The notes: generated by a model not told the origin, from the letters alone. A stretch of 63,188 bases of DNA, filler included, from Chiloscyllium plagiosum (GCF_004010195.1; 8 parts of one record of this genome joined end to end with filler, not necessarily neighbours in it); one strand, 5' to 3'; counted from the first letter of the whole stretch, positions 25,565 through 39,280 are shown. Numbers and translations: made by a program.

Positions 25565-27452
25565 TCTTCCCTTTGTTTGTATTTGTATAGTGTAAAAATT
25601 GTGTGTTTTGCTTCAAGCCTGGTAGTTAGATCAATTGAATTGCAGACAGAACACATCGCCTTACACCTGCCTTTAAAAATAAGAAAAAGTTGGGGTCAAG
25701 GCAATTTTCTTAATACATTTTGAGGGGGTTTGGTCTGGTCCATACTACTGTATAAAATATGCTTCACTGTGTATAACTTGTATATGAAATAAGTCATCCA
25801 GGTTCCTTGAGTTAATTTTATTTCCAAAACTTAAAAATGCAGAAACTACAAAAGGTTTAACATGTACAAATATATCAAACTACTTATTAATACAGAAAGA
25901 AACAAACAAAATCACCCCTAAGCATTGCAAAATGACAAAACGACTCTGCAGGGTCATTTATCTTAAAAGTTGGCCAACTAACATGGTCAGAAAGAAATTT
26001 ATAAATTGTCCAGAGGTTTGTTTCCAACTGAAAGGCCACTTGCCCTGCACTAGCTGTTGGCACTGGAGTTTTTTGGTGGAGCAATCACTCTGCATTCGAG
26101 GCTGAGATAATTCTCTTGTTTTGTTGGAGACAATAAAGTTGTCAGAATTCTGCGTCAAGAACTCAAGTTGTAGGAATGAAGACTTTCAGTTCATATGAAA
26201 ATTGAGAAGCAGACAACCATTCAACCCCTCAAGTTTGCTTTCTCATTCAATAAGATCATAGCTCAAATGATTATGGTACCAACTCTACATCCCAGACTGC
26301 CCCCAATAACACTTCATTCCATTGTTAGACATGATATTACCTTAAAACATTGAACGATCACTTTCAGTGGGAAGAGTATTTCAAAGGCCCATCATCATCT
26401 TAGAAATATTGCAGCTTTGATGAGAGATCTTTCAGAGAAAGTGAAAGAGAGGGGGAAGGCAGTTTTTCTTCTGTGCTGTGGCAACCTCTCTCTCTTTCTC
26501 TCGTTTAAAATCCAGTGACTTTTTTTAGACAGCTCAAGAGCTGGGTCAATTGACCTCATCATAGATTCTGCACCTTCCAAAAGCAGATTTTGTTTGTAAC
26601 AGAAAAATAATTTTATCTACTGTCAGCCCATGTCCTTGCTTCGAAAAGTACACTCAAAAATTCCAAGATATTATCAACATCCAGCTAATGACATGAAAAA
26701 TTAATGCATAAGATAACATCTTATCTAAAATATATAAAGTAAATGTAATTTTTCAAATATTTTTGGTTACTCATATTTCTCCTGTGATCTTTTTTGTTTA
26801 CTTACAGCATGATTTGGATTTCATATCTTGATTTAGATTCTGTACACCTCATCAGCAATTCTTCTACCTCTGGTTAAAGTGGTATACATTTAATTTCCCT
26901 GCTCCTGCAGATCCCAAATGCTCTAGACTACATAACGACTCATGACATTCATGCACACTTCTATATTAGTTTAGCCCACTTGCTACTCAAAAACATTGAT
27001 GCCTAAAGTGAAAATAATTCTTTTCAGAAAGGTTATAGCTATAATTTGGTTTTCGAAAGGCAAATTACAGAATTCTTATACTCCAGCAATAAAGTTCAAA
27101 ACAAATGCAGTAATAAGCAGACTTTAATTCATTTATAGCCAATGAAAACCAATGTCACAAGACTACTGCATTAGGAAGGCAAAAGTTAATACAGGATTAC
27201 TTTTGAAAGGTGAATTAGATTTTTCTTATTCATTCTCAGGATTTGTGCGTTTCTATTTATGCCCATTCCTGGTACCCCTTGAAAAGATGCTGGTGAGCTG
27301 CATTCTTGAACCACTGGAGTCCATATCTTGGGAGAGACTTGCCAAGTACCCTAACAAGGAGTTCTAGCATTTTGACACAGTGACAAAGAAATGATGACAC
27401 ATTTCCAGGTCAAGGCACTGCAAGATTTAACAAGAGAACTGAGGTAATGGTG

Positions 27453-27824
27453 TAGGACAAAGTGAGGACTGCAGATCCTGGGGATCAGAGCTTACAATAT
27501 GTGTTGCTGGAAAAACACAGCAGGTCAGGCAGCATCAAAGGAGAAGGAGAATCGACATTTCGGGCATAAGCCCTTCTTCACGAATGAGGAGGGTGTGCCA
27601 AGCAGGCTAAGATAAAAGGTAGGGAGGAGGGACTTGGGGGAGGGGTGAGGGGAATGCGATAGATGGAAGGAGGTTAAGGTGAGGGTGATAGGCCGGAGAG
27701 GTCGGGAAGAAGATTGCAGGTCAAGAAGGCGGTGCTGAGTCTGAGGGTTGGGACTGAGAAAAGGTGGGGGGAGGGGAAATGAGGAAGCTGGAGAAATCTG
27801 CATTCATCCCTTGTGGTTGGAGGG
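27453..27824 (-). mobile_element. Penelope-like 3' end with pLTR
   Basis: Same family as 22963-23087 and 56462-57750; hammerhead core carries a C3-to-G change. Confidence 0.8.
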
Positions 27825-27924
27825 NNNNNNNNNNNNNNNNNNNNNNNNNNNNNNNNNNNNNNNNNNNNTTAATTAATTAANNNNNNNNNNNNNNNNNNNN
27901 NNNNNNNNNNNNNNNNNNNNNNNN

Positions 27925-28600
27925 AAGCATGCAGGTACAGCGGGTAGTGAAGAAGGCTAATAGCATGCTGGCCTTCATAACAAGAGGTATTGAGTATAGA
28001 AGCAAAGAGGTTCTTCTGCCGCTGTACAGGGCCCTGGTGAGACCACACCTGGAGTACTGTGTGCAGTTCTGGTCTCCAAATTTGAGGAAAGACATTCTGG
28101 CTATTGAGGGAGTGCAGCGTAGGTTCACGAGGTTAATTCCTGGAATGGCGGGATTACCTTACGTTGAAAGACTGAAGCGACTGAGCTTGTATAACCTTGA
28201 GTTTAGAAGACTGAGAGAGGATCTGATTGAGACATATAAGATTATTAAAGGAATGGACACTCTGGAGGCAGGAAACATGTTTCCGCTGATGGGTGAGTGC
28301 CGAACCAGAGGACAGCTTAAAAATACGGGGTAGACCATTTAGGACAGAGATGAGTAGAAACTTCTTCATCCAGAGAGTGGTGGCTGTGTGGAATACTCTG
28401 CCCCAGGGGGCAGTAGAGTCCCAGTCTCTGGATTCATTTAAGAAAGAGTTAGATAGAGCTCTCAAGGATAGTGGAATCAAGGGTTATGGAGATAAGGCAG
28501 GAACAGGATACTGATTAAGGATGATCAGCCATGATCATATTGAATGGTGGTGCAGGCTCAAAGGGCAGAATGACCTACTCCTGCACCTATTGTCTATTGT
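27925..28600 (+). mobile_element. Young CR1 LINE 3' end
   Basis: ORF 27929-28333 KKANSMLAFI...LYRALVRPHLEYCVQFWSP; tail (ctattgt)n; near-identical to 45150-45400. Confidence 0.92.
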
Positions 28601-28714
28601 TAAATTTAAGACACCATAAGGAGCATATGAAAGATAACAAAATATTTACAACAACATGAAATTAGTGAAATTAATAATAGAAATGTTTAAAGGAGAAGGA
28701 AAAGAAGTAAAAAC

Positions 28715-29320
28715 ATAGAATATTGGAGCATGAGTAGGCCATTCATCCCTTTGAGCCTGCTCCCATCATTCAATATGATCATGACTGATCATCTAACTCA
28801 GGACTCTGTTCCTACTTTTCCCCATATCCTTTGATTAATTTAGTCTTAAGAGTTATATCTATTTTTTTCTTCAAAGTCTTCAGTAGTTTCCTGAGGCAGA
28901 GAATTCTATGGACTTACCATTGACCGTGTGAAGAATTTCCTCATCTGTTCTAAATGGTGTAACCCTTATCTAATACTGTGACCCCTGGTTCTAGACTCCC
29001 TGATCATTGATAACAACCTTCTTGAATCTATGCTATCTAATTGTGTTGAAATTTTATAGGTTTATAGGAGTTCTCCCCTCATTTTTCTGAACTCCAGTGA
29101 ATATAGACTGAACCAATCTCATCTTTCTTCATACATCAGTCTTGTCATCCCAGTCATCCCAGTCTTGTCATCAGTCTTGTCATCTTGTCAACTTGCTTTA
29201 CACTTCCTGAATACTTAGAGCATCCTTCCTCCGATAGAGAGACAAAAACTGGTCTCACCAATGTCCTGTACAATTACAGCAGGCCATCCCTGCTCCTTTA
29301 TGCAAATTCTTTCACAATGA
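28715..29320 (-). mobile_element. Old CR1 3' fragment
   Basis: gtaggccattc...ccattcaatatgatcatg tail; acccctggttctagactcc. Confidence 0.7.
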
Positions 29321-30667
29321 AATAGGGGCCAACAAGCCATTAGAGAAATGAATGTAGAATCATTTAATTAGTATTCTGAAAAATAGTAACTCAATTCATT
29401 GTTATATTCTGATACTTTTTTCAAATATTTTCACTTGAATTCTCTTTAACAACTTGTCCTTAGAACTGAATTGTTGGTACATCATCAATCAATGCGTAAT
29501 AACTTGTCTTTCAAACATAAAATGCAAGTAAATTCTTGTTTTGGTGTATCTGTCTTCTGATAGGTAGTGGTCACATTCTCCCATCATAATATCATTGATG
29601 AGGCAACCTCTGATTACTCTTTTGTATCTGTATCCACACATGGAGCTCTTAATTGTTGTATTAGGATGTCCCAAGCTTCATTCACCTATTTTTGGATGAA
29701 ATAGTGGAAGAGGCAGTGCAGGGTAGTTTACTAGACCATTTGTAGAGAGGAGAATCTTTATCTTCCTGGATAATCTTTGAAGAGTGGATAGTTTTATTGA
29801 TGGAGTGTGGGACCCATTAGTGCTGCAGTACATGTGAACCAGTCATATGTAGCAATGGATGATTAAACTTGCTCTTCATCAAGCTATCATATCTTCATCC
29901 CTTCAACTTAAGGTATATACCAGAGGAATGATTCAGGTGAGTGAGTGGGAATAAGGGCAATGAAGTTAATGGAGGTCTTGTAATTTAGAAAATTAGGACT
30001 GCAGGAATGTCATGGTGGATCTATGTTATGATCTTGATAGAGATAATCCAAAATTCTGCTATTTATATATTTACATGTAGAAAGGTTCTTTCATTCAGTA
30101 TTGTAGTACTTGCTGACTGACGTTGGCTTTAGGTCAAGCAATATGTTGATTTTAAAATTCTCAGTATTTTTTCAAATGCCTGCATGGCCTCACCCCTTCT
30201 TCTCTCTAATTTCCTCCAGCTTTATAATGCTCCAAGATATCTTTAATCTAATTCAGAAATTTTGGAAATCAAATTGGTCCATCATGGGCAAATCTGACTG
30301 TCATTATCCTGTATAATGGCCTGTCTAAACTTCTCCAACATTTTTCCCTCCTTTATAACACTCCTTAAACCTATATTTTTGACTAAGTTTTTGGCTACCT
30401 GTCTTAATACAACCTAATGTGTTTGTTAAAAATTACACAACTCCAGGTTATAGTCCAACAGGTTTATTTGGAGGGTAGAATGAAAGAGGATAGTTTAAAA
30501 ATATGATTTATGGAGAGGAGAAGCCAAGTTCTTCACCTTTCTGGATAACCTTTGAACAGTGGGCTATTTTATTGATAGAGAGTAGAACCCATTCATGCTA
30601 AAAGTGATCCAGCTGTATATGGATTTTTCAGGAATATTATAACACAAAGAATTAATATGCAAAAACA

Positions 30668-30960
30668 TAATTTGGAGGTGCCAGTGTTGGACTGGGGTGT
30701 ACAAAGTTAAAAATCACACAATACCTGGTTATAGACCAACAGGTTTATTTGGAAGCACTAGCTTTCGGAACATTGCTCCTTCTTCAGGTGGTTATGGCAT
30801 ATAAGATTATAAGACACAGAAGTTATAGCAAAAGTTTACAGTGTGATGTAACTGAAATTATACATTGAAAAAGACCTGGCTTGTTTGCTAAGTCTCTCAA
30901 CTTTTAAAATGACCATGTTGGTTTCAGTTCTTTTATATGTAAATCGCAGAACTTTAAGTT
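30668..30960 (-). mobile_element. Penelope-like pLTR of a further family
   Basis: Same family as 39281-39478, 30430-30472 and 45063-45150; contains a hammerhead core. Confidence 0.65.
30759..30787 (-). ncRNA. Minimal hammerhead ribozyme core (AGCU variant)
   Basis: CAC-CUGAAGA-A-GGAGC(AAU)GUUCC-GAAA-GCUA-GUG; intact core with 3-bp stem I. Confidence 0.65.
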
Positions 30961-31199
30961 CCACAATAAGTGGAAGAAGTTGGGGACTTCTTTAATACAA
31001 TGAGGAGCTTCAATTTAATTGTCTCTACTGCTTCTTTCCATTCCATAATCCACTGGAGCTGCTTCTTCTTAGATGCACCCCTCTGTCCTAACCCTGTACT
31101 TATGTCTTTCTCTACTTTCTCTCCCCCCTACCGTGATGCCTTGGTAAGCGTATTTTATCAATGAGTTTTGTCTCTTGTCCTCTAGGCCGTATTTCCTCA

Positions 31200-32460
31200 A
31201 AACCACTGACCATAAAATATTCCATCTTGACATCTGTATTGGTTGCTATTAACTGTTCTGTCTTCAAGAATTTTTTTCCTCACCTTCAAATTTAGTGGCA
31301 TGATATGTGTTTTTTTTTTAAAAGTCTCACCCTGATGTTCTTGAAAACTGCTGCCTTCTCCATCTGTCTTTTTTTTCCCAAAGACCTTGAACATATCACT
31401 CCCAGATCCATGCTCGTCTTTCATGAAACTTTGAGTTTCCCTCCAAGCAGGCTTTCTGTCCCATCTTATACGAATATGGTTTTTATTAGATCAATTACTA
31501 ATTGATATCCTAGTTTAACTGTGACAAAGAAACTATCACTCTGCCATTCTAGACATGGCTAGGACCTTTTTTTGGCATGGTTAATTACAAAGGTTGCTCC
31601 AGCACCTTTCTATGTCATCCATTTGTACGAGACTGCCTGTCTGATCAGAGTATTTGAATCATCTGCAGTGGTGTTCTTACAACTATGCTGTTACATCTGG
31701 TATCCCCTAAGGATCAATTCTTGGCCTTTTCCTATGCCTCAACTACATGCTGTTCCTCAGCCTGATCATTCAAAAACACTACACCTACAACTAAGTGGTA
31801 GGAAGACTGGAATCATTATTTTCCTTCCCCATCATGAATTCAGTTCCCTTGTCATCAATTTAAGTACACTCTCTGCCAACTGTCAGAGGTTTAACCAGAA
31901 CCTTCATATCCATCGTGTCTTAGTTGACCACAAGATAAGCTTCCAACAATATATCCTTACTTTCACGGACTGCTAATTTTCATCTCATTACATTGTCCAA
32001 CTTTGCCCTTGCCTCAGCTTAAATGGAGTTTTGTTATCGATCAGCTATTACCTCATCAAAAGGGGGCTAATACCTGTTCTTCTTCTTGTGTTTCCACCTA
32101 CTGCAGGACAAATCATTCATTCTTTTCTTTGGTCTAGGCTTTGCTGTTCCAATGCATACTTGGCTGGCCTCAGTTCTGTTGTCTACAAACATGATGCCAT
32201 TCAAATCCTATTCCCAGACATGCAATTTGTCCTATGTACCTATCCCTCTGCCTCTCCCCAACTCCATGCTTGCTTACCTACATTGGCTGCTGTTTAAAAA
32301 AATCTTAAGTATTAAAATTCCTTATCCTTGTTTTCAAATCCATCCATGGCTTTGTCCCTCATCATTCCCTATGATCTCCAGTCTTACGGAGTACAAAGTA
32401 TTTGGCCAGCTATCAGTTCTAGCCATTTAAGCATTTCCAAATTTAATTGCTCCACCAGAG
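31200..32460 (+). mobile_element. Highly decayed L2-like LINE
   Basis: Weak L2 3' motifs (LHWL.., caaatccatccatggc); similar to 44280-44830. Confidence 0.4.
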
Positions 32461-33229
32461 ATGTCTTTAGCAGCGAATCTTAAAAATTTCTTGCTCAAAC
32501 ATTAACTTTTGTTTCATAATGCTTGTAAATTTCTCAGGACATTATTTGCACATTAAAGGTGCACTGTTAATGCAAGTCATTGGCCTGAACTTTCATTTTC
32601 AAGTAGGGTAGTTCAAGTCAGAACATTTCCTGGCTTGGTGAACGTGTTTTGGAAAACAATGCTGTGAGTGATGGGATCCTCATTCTTGGAGTTTGTTGTA
32701 GTGGTGGGAGTGGGAGTACGAAGAATCAGGCGTCAAAAGAGTTACCAATTACTGAGACACCACATTTATAAAGGCCTACTGCAGCTATCTGGCACTTTGT
32801 TCCACTTGTTTTCTTAAACGTTAGACTGTCTAGTCCTTACCTGCCATGCCTGCTTATCAATATCCACACATGTTCAATCATGTCAACACATGTGCCAACA
32901 CCATTGCTCCTCATATTTTCCAAACTAATTAGTGAAACCACACCAACGTTCATACCCTTCACAGCTCCCATTATTTAGCTTAATGCTAAATCATGCTGCT
33001 GCAGGTTTTGTCATTACACCCTTTGTACCACTCACCCAGTGTCCAACATTGTTAGGCATACTTCCCAAGTTCTCTCTCTGCCCTATAGTCACCACTTTTT
33101 TTTTTTAAACATTCTTCTTGCAAATCCAACATACCATTTACCTTTTTTACTGCCTACTAAATCTCCAGGCTTAGTGTCAGTGACAGATATTGTTGCACAT
33201 TACCTCTCAATTTATAACTATTTGCCATT

Positions 33230-33570
33230 CTGAAGAAGGGTCACTGGACTGAAACATTAAGATGTTTCTCTTCACAGATGTGGAGTCAATAAAATGTGGA
33301 GCTGGAAAAAGCATAGTAAGTCAAGCAGCATCAGAGGAGCAGGGGAATCGACGTTTCAGGTCTGAATCTTTCATCATGGAGTCCTGATGAAAGGTTCAGA
33401 CTTGAAATGTCGACTCCCCTGCTGCTCTGATGCTGCTTGATTTGCTGTGCTTTTTCCAGCTCCACACTTTATCCACTCTGACTTTCCAACATTTGCAGTC
33501 CTCGCTATTTCCACAGATGCTGCCAGACCTGCTGAGTTTCTCCAGAAATTTCCATTCTTGTTTCAGATAA
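33230..33570. mobile_element. pLTR copy carrying a nested palindromic pLTR insertion (33281-33511)
   Basis: Inverted arms about 33290-33376 and 33384-33473; cacagatg duplicated at 33273-33280 and 33512-33519. Confidence 0.8.
33378..33417 (+). ncRNA. Minimal hammerhead ribozyme with perfect 6-bp stem I
   Basis: GGAGUC-CUGAUGA-A-AGGU(UCAG)ACUU-GAAA-UGUC-GACUCC. Confidence 0.7.
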
Positions 33571-34849
33571 TCTGCCTTTCTGTTTTTGCTCTAAAGTGGA
33601 TAACCTTACATTTATCCACATTGTACTGCATCTGTCATGTATTTTTTTCACTCACTTAAATTTGTTCAAATCACACTGAAGCATCTCTACATCCTCCTCT
33701 CCGCTCACCCTCCCTCCCAGCTTTGCGTCATCTGCAAATTTGAAGATATTACATTTAGTTCCCTCATCTAATCATTAACATGCATTGTGAGTAGCTATTT
33801 GGAATAAGTATTTACCTCAAAGTTGGTTGGAATTTATACATTATTTGAGGCTGGAAGCTGCATGAAAATTTAGATTAAAAGTATTTTACATTTATGTTTT
33901 CCATTAATGGAAAAGTTTTTGACACATAATAAATTACTAGGCAAATTTCAATTTGTATATGAACTTCAATGAATGATAGTCACTGAAAAGGGAAGTGTGT
34001 TCAAATAAATGACCTATTTCTGGCACATAAGATGCTATTAAAATGCATAGTGAGAAATCAGGCAGTAGTTTGCAGCTACACTGTTGATGTCAGCAGGCAT
34101 TACTTAACAAGAAAAATAACAAGATTTTGTTTATAGAACAGATTATTACATTGATCAATTAAAGAAAACTTAGTGTATATAATCCCAGGATCTCTAATCC
34201 ACTACTTGATGAGTAAATGGACCACACATACAATTGATTTATTGTAAAAACATAATAAATTTACAGCTTATTTTTTGCACTGTGATTCAAGGGACAAGAA
34301 ATTGCCTCACAATTTGTTTTTATTAAAATAGAATGCAGCCTGCGGTAGGGTTGATAGCTGAGTAGTAAGGTTAGAAATCCAGTTGTAATGGCAGGGAAGA
34401 CAGAGTTAATATTACCATTTTAACTATCAGATATAGAGAATGTGTGACAACTGACAAATAGTAAAGTATGGCAGGCTATAATGTTTCATGTGACACCAAG
34501 CTGTTGGATGAAGTATTGTATTCAAAAAAGACTTGTAGTGACCAGCTGGCATGAGCATTATGTTTTGTTGTACATGTCTGACTGTGTTAGACTCATCAAA
34601 ATAGAAAATCAGGGGAAGAAACATTGGTTCCTAAACTGAATGTGGATTAAAAACTCTTCTCGTGAACCACAGAGATAAACTGATCATTATTGTTAGGGCC
34701 ATTTATGGTGATAGGCCTCAAACATATTCAGTAAATTTATTATCTTTGATTGTAAAGATCACAACGGTTATTTAAATAAATGTACATTATTGCAAGAGTT
34801 TTCAAATCTGCAGAATCAATGTCATGTGTGTCTTCAGGGGTTTTCTTTT

Positions 34850-35390
34850 AAAACAAAGAATACAAGGTATAGAAAGCCATATGGCTTGTTGAGCCAAAGC
34901 GGTCATTAAATACGATTATAGTTGATCTTGGACTTCAGCTCTACTGTCCTGTCTGCTCCCATATCTCAATTTCCTGACAGATTAAATATCTGGCCATAAG
35001 CAGCTTTAAACATAATCAATAGTGCAGCATCCACAAGCCTCTAGGGTAAAAAATTCACAACCTTTGAGTAAAGTAATTCATCTTTGTCCTAATGAATCAT
35101 CTTTTGCCCTGAGACTGCGCTTCCACATATTGGATTACTTGACCAACAGAAACAATCTCTCAATATTCAGTATATCAAGTTTCTTCAAAACGTCATACAT
35201 TTGATTGACATCACCTCCAATTTTTCTAAACTTCAGAAAATAGAGACTAAATTTATTCAACCTTATCATAAGACACCTCCCAAAAACCAATATAGTGAAT
35301 TTAATTATACCAAATCCAGAACAAATACATCCTTCCTAAAATATAACAATCAAAACTACATATCGTATTCCAAATGTGGTCTCACTGATG
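34850..35390 (-). mobile_element. Old CR1 3' fragment
   Basis: Degenerate similarity to the other CR1 3' ends (gtattccaaatgtggtctcac). Confidence 0.55.
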
Positions 35391-36639
35391 CATACTGTTT
35401 CCAAGAAAGATTGTGGTGAATGCAACTTTTTAATATTGTGGCATTATATGTTTAAGCATCATGCCAGATTACCTTTCTTCATGAATTTGGCAGATCAGAT
35501 AAGCAAGGAGAAAATGGGAAGATATGGACTGGATCTTTTTGCAGGGTAGCGGCCCTGCCCCTCAGATAAAAACAGCAGGAGACTCCTCTTGTCCTGGAGA
35601 CAATGATCAGGTTTTATAATTAACAGACAACTAGCTGCCTACAGTTAAGGCTTCTGCACCCATGTCTGTAAAAGCTGCTGGCTAATCAGTGTTCATTGGT
35701 GTGACTTCAGTCAGTTCCAAGTAAGCAACATGGAGATAACCAGGAAGTAGATGGCTTTACAAGGGCTAGTCAGGCAAGTCTGTTCGCCGGTTGGGCAGAA
35801 TTGTGTCCAAATTGTGAAGACACCTATTCCCCATCTTATTCTTGGCCAGGTGGCAGTCGAAGTTGATAGCTGATTGGCATGGTACCCCCTGCTGTGCCCA
35901 TGACAGACAGGGCTGTGCTCCTCTGTCTGTCATATTACTCTTGGGGGAGCGTTACAGATTTGCAACTATGTGTTTTAAAAATCAGTAACCATCTGGCCAA
36001 AAGTGCTGCAAACTGGTTCCAAAAGATCAAGTCAGCAAAATGGCAAATATTGTGCATAGCTAAGGTCATCTAAAGGTCTATCCAATGCCTCTTGAAAGAA
36101 AGTGCATTATGACAGCAAGAAGTTCTTTGTGAACTAAATCTGTGCTGTAATATATTAAAGTATGGCTGAATATAAGAAAGTGAATCTGAGCCAGAATTTT
36201 CTGATAATACCCTGATGTATGGGTGCAAAAGTTGAAAGAGAGAATGTATATCCAATATCTATGGAGTAGGAGATCCTTGAGTCACAAGCTCAGAAGGCAG
36301 TGGTAGTTCCTGGTCTAGCAATCTAATAAGAATTATCAAGGTGGGTGAGTTCCATATTCCAATGACACATACAACTAATTGAATTACAAAGATCGTTTAC
36401 CAACCAACTAATTTTATTGATACTCAACTTTTCAATTCAGAAAGGAATCAGGTGAAAACTCTCCATAAGTTAGAGTCAGACATTTCCTCTATTTAAGAAA
36501 TTTTTCATATCAACCTGTTCAGATGTGTTATTACATATCTCAAGTAGGTGGGACTTGAACCCTGGTTTTTCACTCCTAGGGTAGGAATGCTACCACTGTG
36601 CCACAAGAGGGCCCTTTAGAGTCAGAGTCATGCTGTAAG

Positions 36640-37262
36640 CCCAAGCATTTTCAGCTTCTTCATTAGTAACCTTTGCAGGTCAGAAGTAGGATTTTCAGTA
36701 CCATTGACTCCCTAGATATTGAAGCAGTCTTATCCTTATGTAATAAGACCTGGATAGCATTCAAGCTTGGGCTGATAAGAGAAAAACTAACATTCATGCT
36801 GGACAAGTACTAGGATATTATTGTTTCCAACAAGAGGGAATTTAGCTATCTGTCCTTGACATTTAATGGCATTACCACTACTGAATCTCTCTCTGTCAAC
36901 ATCTTGGCAGGTAACATTGACCAGAAACTGAATTGAAGTGACTCTATAAATAAATACTGTGGCGACAAGACTGGGTCACAGACTATAAATTCTAAGGCAA
37001 ATAGCTTATTTTTGATGCCCCAAAATCTACATACCATCTACAAAGGCACAGATTAATAGTGTAATAGAATAATTTTCACTTGCATGAATGGGTGCAGCTC
37101 CAACAACATGGAAGCAGCTCATCACCATCTAGGAGAAAGTATTCTCCTTGATTAGCATCCCATCAATCAACTTCGATATTCACTTCCTCCACTGGCAGTT
37201 CAATGACAGCAATGAATACAAGGTACAATAGTAGGAGCTCACCAAAAGTCCTCCGATAGCAT
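36640..37262 (+). mobile_element. CR1/L2-group LINE RT 3' fragment
   Basis: DLDSIQAWADK, ccatctacaaaggcaca..., gggtgcagctccaaca motifs; same family as 41790-42335. Confidence 0.6.
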
Positions 37263-37399
37263 CAGTTGGGGAGGGTTTAAACTAATGTGGCAGGGGGATG
37301 GGAACAAAATGAGGAGACCAGTGGACAGCAAGGAGGAAGTAACTAAAGCAGAGATAATGAAGTCAGTGTGGTTAAAGGGAATAGTAGGCAGGGAACAGA

Positions 37400-38248
37400 T
37401 AGAGTCATAGAGATGTACAGCATGAAAACAGACACTTCAGTCCAACCTCTCCACCCCGACCAGATATCCCAACCCAATCTAGTCCCACCTACCAGCACCC
37501 GGCCCATATCCCTCCAAACCCTTCCTATTCATATACCCATCCAAATGCCTCTTAAATGTTGCAATTGTACCAGCCTCCNNNNNNNNNNNNNNNNNNNNNN
37601 NNNNNNNNNNNNNNNNNNNNNNTTAATTAATTAANNNNNNNNNNNNNNNNNNNNNNNNNNNNNNNNNNNNNNNNNNNNCCAGCTATAACTCTTGCCCTGT
37701 CGTGCACACTTATCCCTCTCCATCACTCGAGTAAAAGTCACCGAATTGTGGTCACTGTCTCCAAAGTGCTCACCTACCTCTAATTCTAACACTTGGCCTG
37801 GTTCATTACCCAGAACCAAATCCAGTATGTCCTCACCTCTTGTTGGCCTATCTACATATTGTGTCAGGAAACCCTCCTGCACACATTGGGCAAACACTGA
37901 CCCATCTAACGAACTTGAGCTATAGCTTTCCCAATTAATATCAGGAAAGTTAAAGTCCCCCTTAACAACCACCCTATTACTTTCACTTTTCTCTTGAATC
38001 ATCCTCGCAATCGTTTCTTCTACGTTTCTAGGACTATTAGGAGGCCTGTAAAAAACTCCTAACAGGGTGAGCTCACCTTTCCTATTCCTAACCTCAGTCC
38101 AAACTACCTCAGATGGCGAGTCTTCATCCATTGTCCTTTCCACAGCTGTAATACTATCTTTGACAAGCAATGCCACACCTCCCCCTCTTTTACCCTCATC
38201 TCTGACCCTACTAAAACATTTAAACCCTGGGACCTGCAACAGCCAATT
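37400..38248 (-). mobile_element. CR1 LINE: 3' end and endonuclease domain either side of a gap
   Basis: Tail at 37400-37578; ORF 37679-38257 GGGVALLV...YRPPNS...GDFNFPDINW...HFGDSDHNSV. Confidence 0.85.
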
Positions 38249-39280
38249 GTATATCAATCATGAAATAATTTCTAAATATGTTTCAAGGGAATCTTCAAAG
38301 TTCTAGAGGGATATACCTTTGTGCTTATTTGTCTATGTCATCTTTGGTTTCCCTACATTATCAACAACAGTTGTTTCTTTTGTGCAGACAGTCTGTCATC
38401 TATTATGTTCTATTGTGGCTGGTGGACCAGGCTGCAGATCTGCCTGGCTTTCCACAGAGCAGGCGAGGATGAATTAATTGGGACTGCCTGGTGTTTCTGT
38501 CTTACAATGTGTCCTTGGCTGCCTATATTCTTTGCTGTTCGAAATAAACAACAGCCATTATTTAACATCGATCTCCAAGTAGTTCTTAAGTATGCATTTC
38601 CTTCTCTCAATCTGCAGTGGAAATGTTACATTTCTTGAGGTTCAGTTTCAAGGAATCTATGAACCTTAATCTCAATCTATATCACTGGATGTCAAAGATG
38701 AAGTTGTTAATGCATGACCATTTTAGAAATGTTATCATCATTCATACATATTACATGAACACGCCATCTGAGCTGAGTGCTGTGATGAGTGTTTCAATTC
38801 CAGGTGTTTATGCTATTTGAAGCACCTTTGTGTTGTAAACTTTGTCTTCCAATTTGGTGTGCATCTCATGAAGAATGATTTTAAGTCAAGAGTAGGTAAT
38901 TGATGACTTAAAGGCGTGACGGAGGGTATCTCCACACTTTTGTACACAGCATTTTTTTTAGTAAGTTCGATTCCTCACTTCTTTCCAGAGCCTTTTGCAT
39001 AAATGGATAAATGTTGAACTTGCCCTGGCAATTCTATTTGCCACCTTACCATTTCTGGAGATTGTGCTTCTAAGACAAGCAACATTATTTACAGTCTTCA
39101 TGGTTGTGTTATTGATAGTTATGATATGTAGTGATGAGTCATAATTTTGTGGAAGTTAGTTGAAGAGCTGGCAGTTTATTGTAATCAGAAGTATATTCCA
39201 TCAAATTCACCATGAAGCATGGTAGCAAAGAATATACTGACAATCATAGGGTCCATGATGCACTACATTGTCATGCAACA

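Larger units (their letters stand above)
24480..25746. repeat. LTR-like noncoding repeat hosting a Penelope insertion
   Basis: Noncoding, LTR-like composition, ends ggggtttggtctggtccata; boundaries approximate. Confidence 0.3.

Noticed and set aside
25958..26158. Minus-strand ORFs in unique-looking DNA
   Set aside because: No recognisable homology and would need a non-canonical donor.
27554..27582. Functional hammerheads at 27554 (-), 33349 (-), 39360 (+) and 56520 (-)
   Set aside because: Core nucleotides are mutated (C3, G12 or the GAAA lost); treated as decayed copies.
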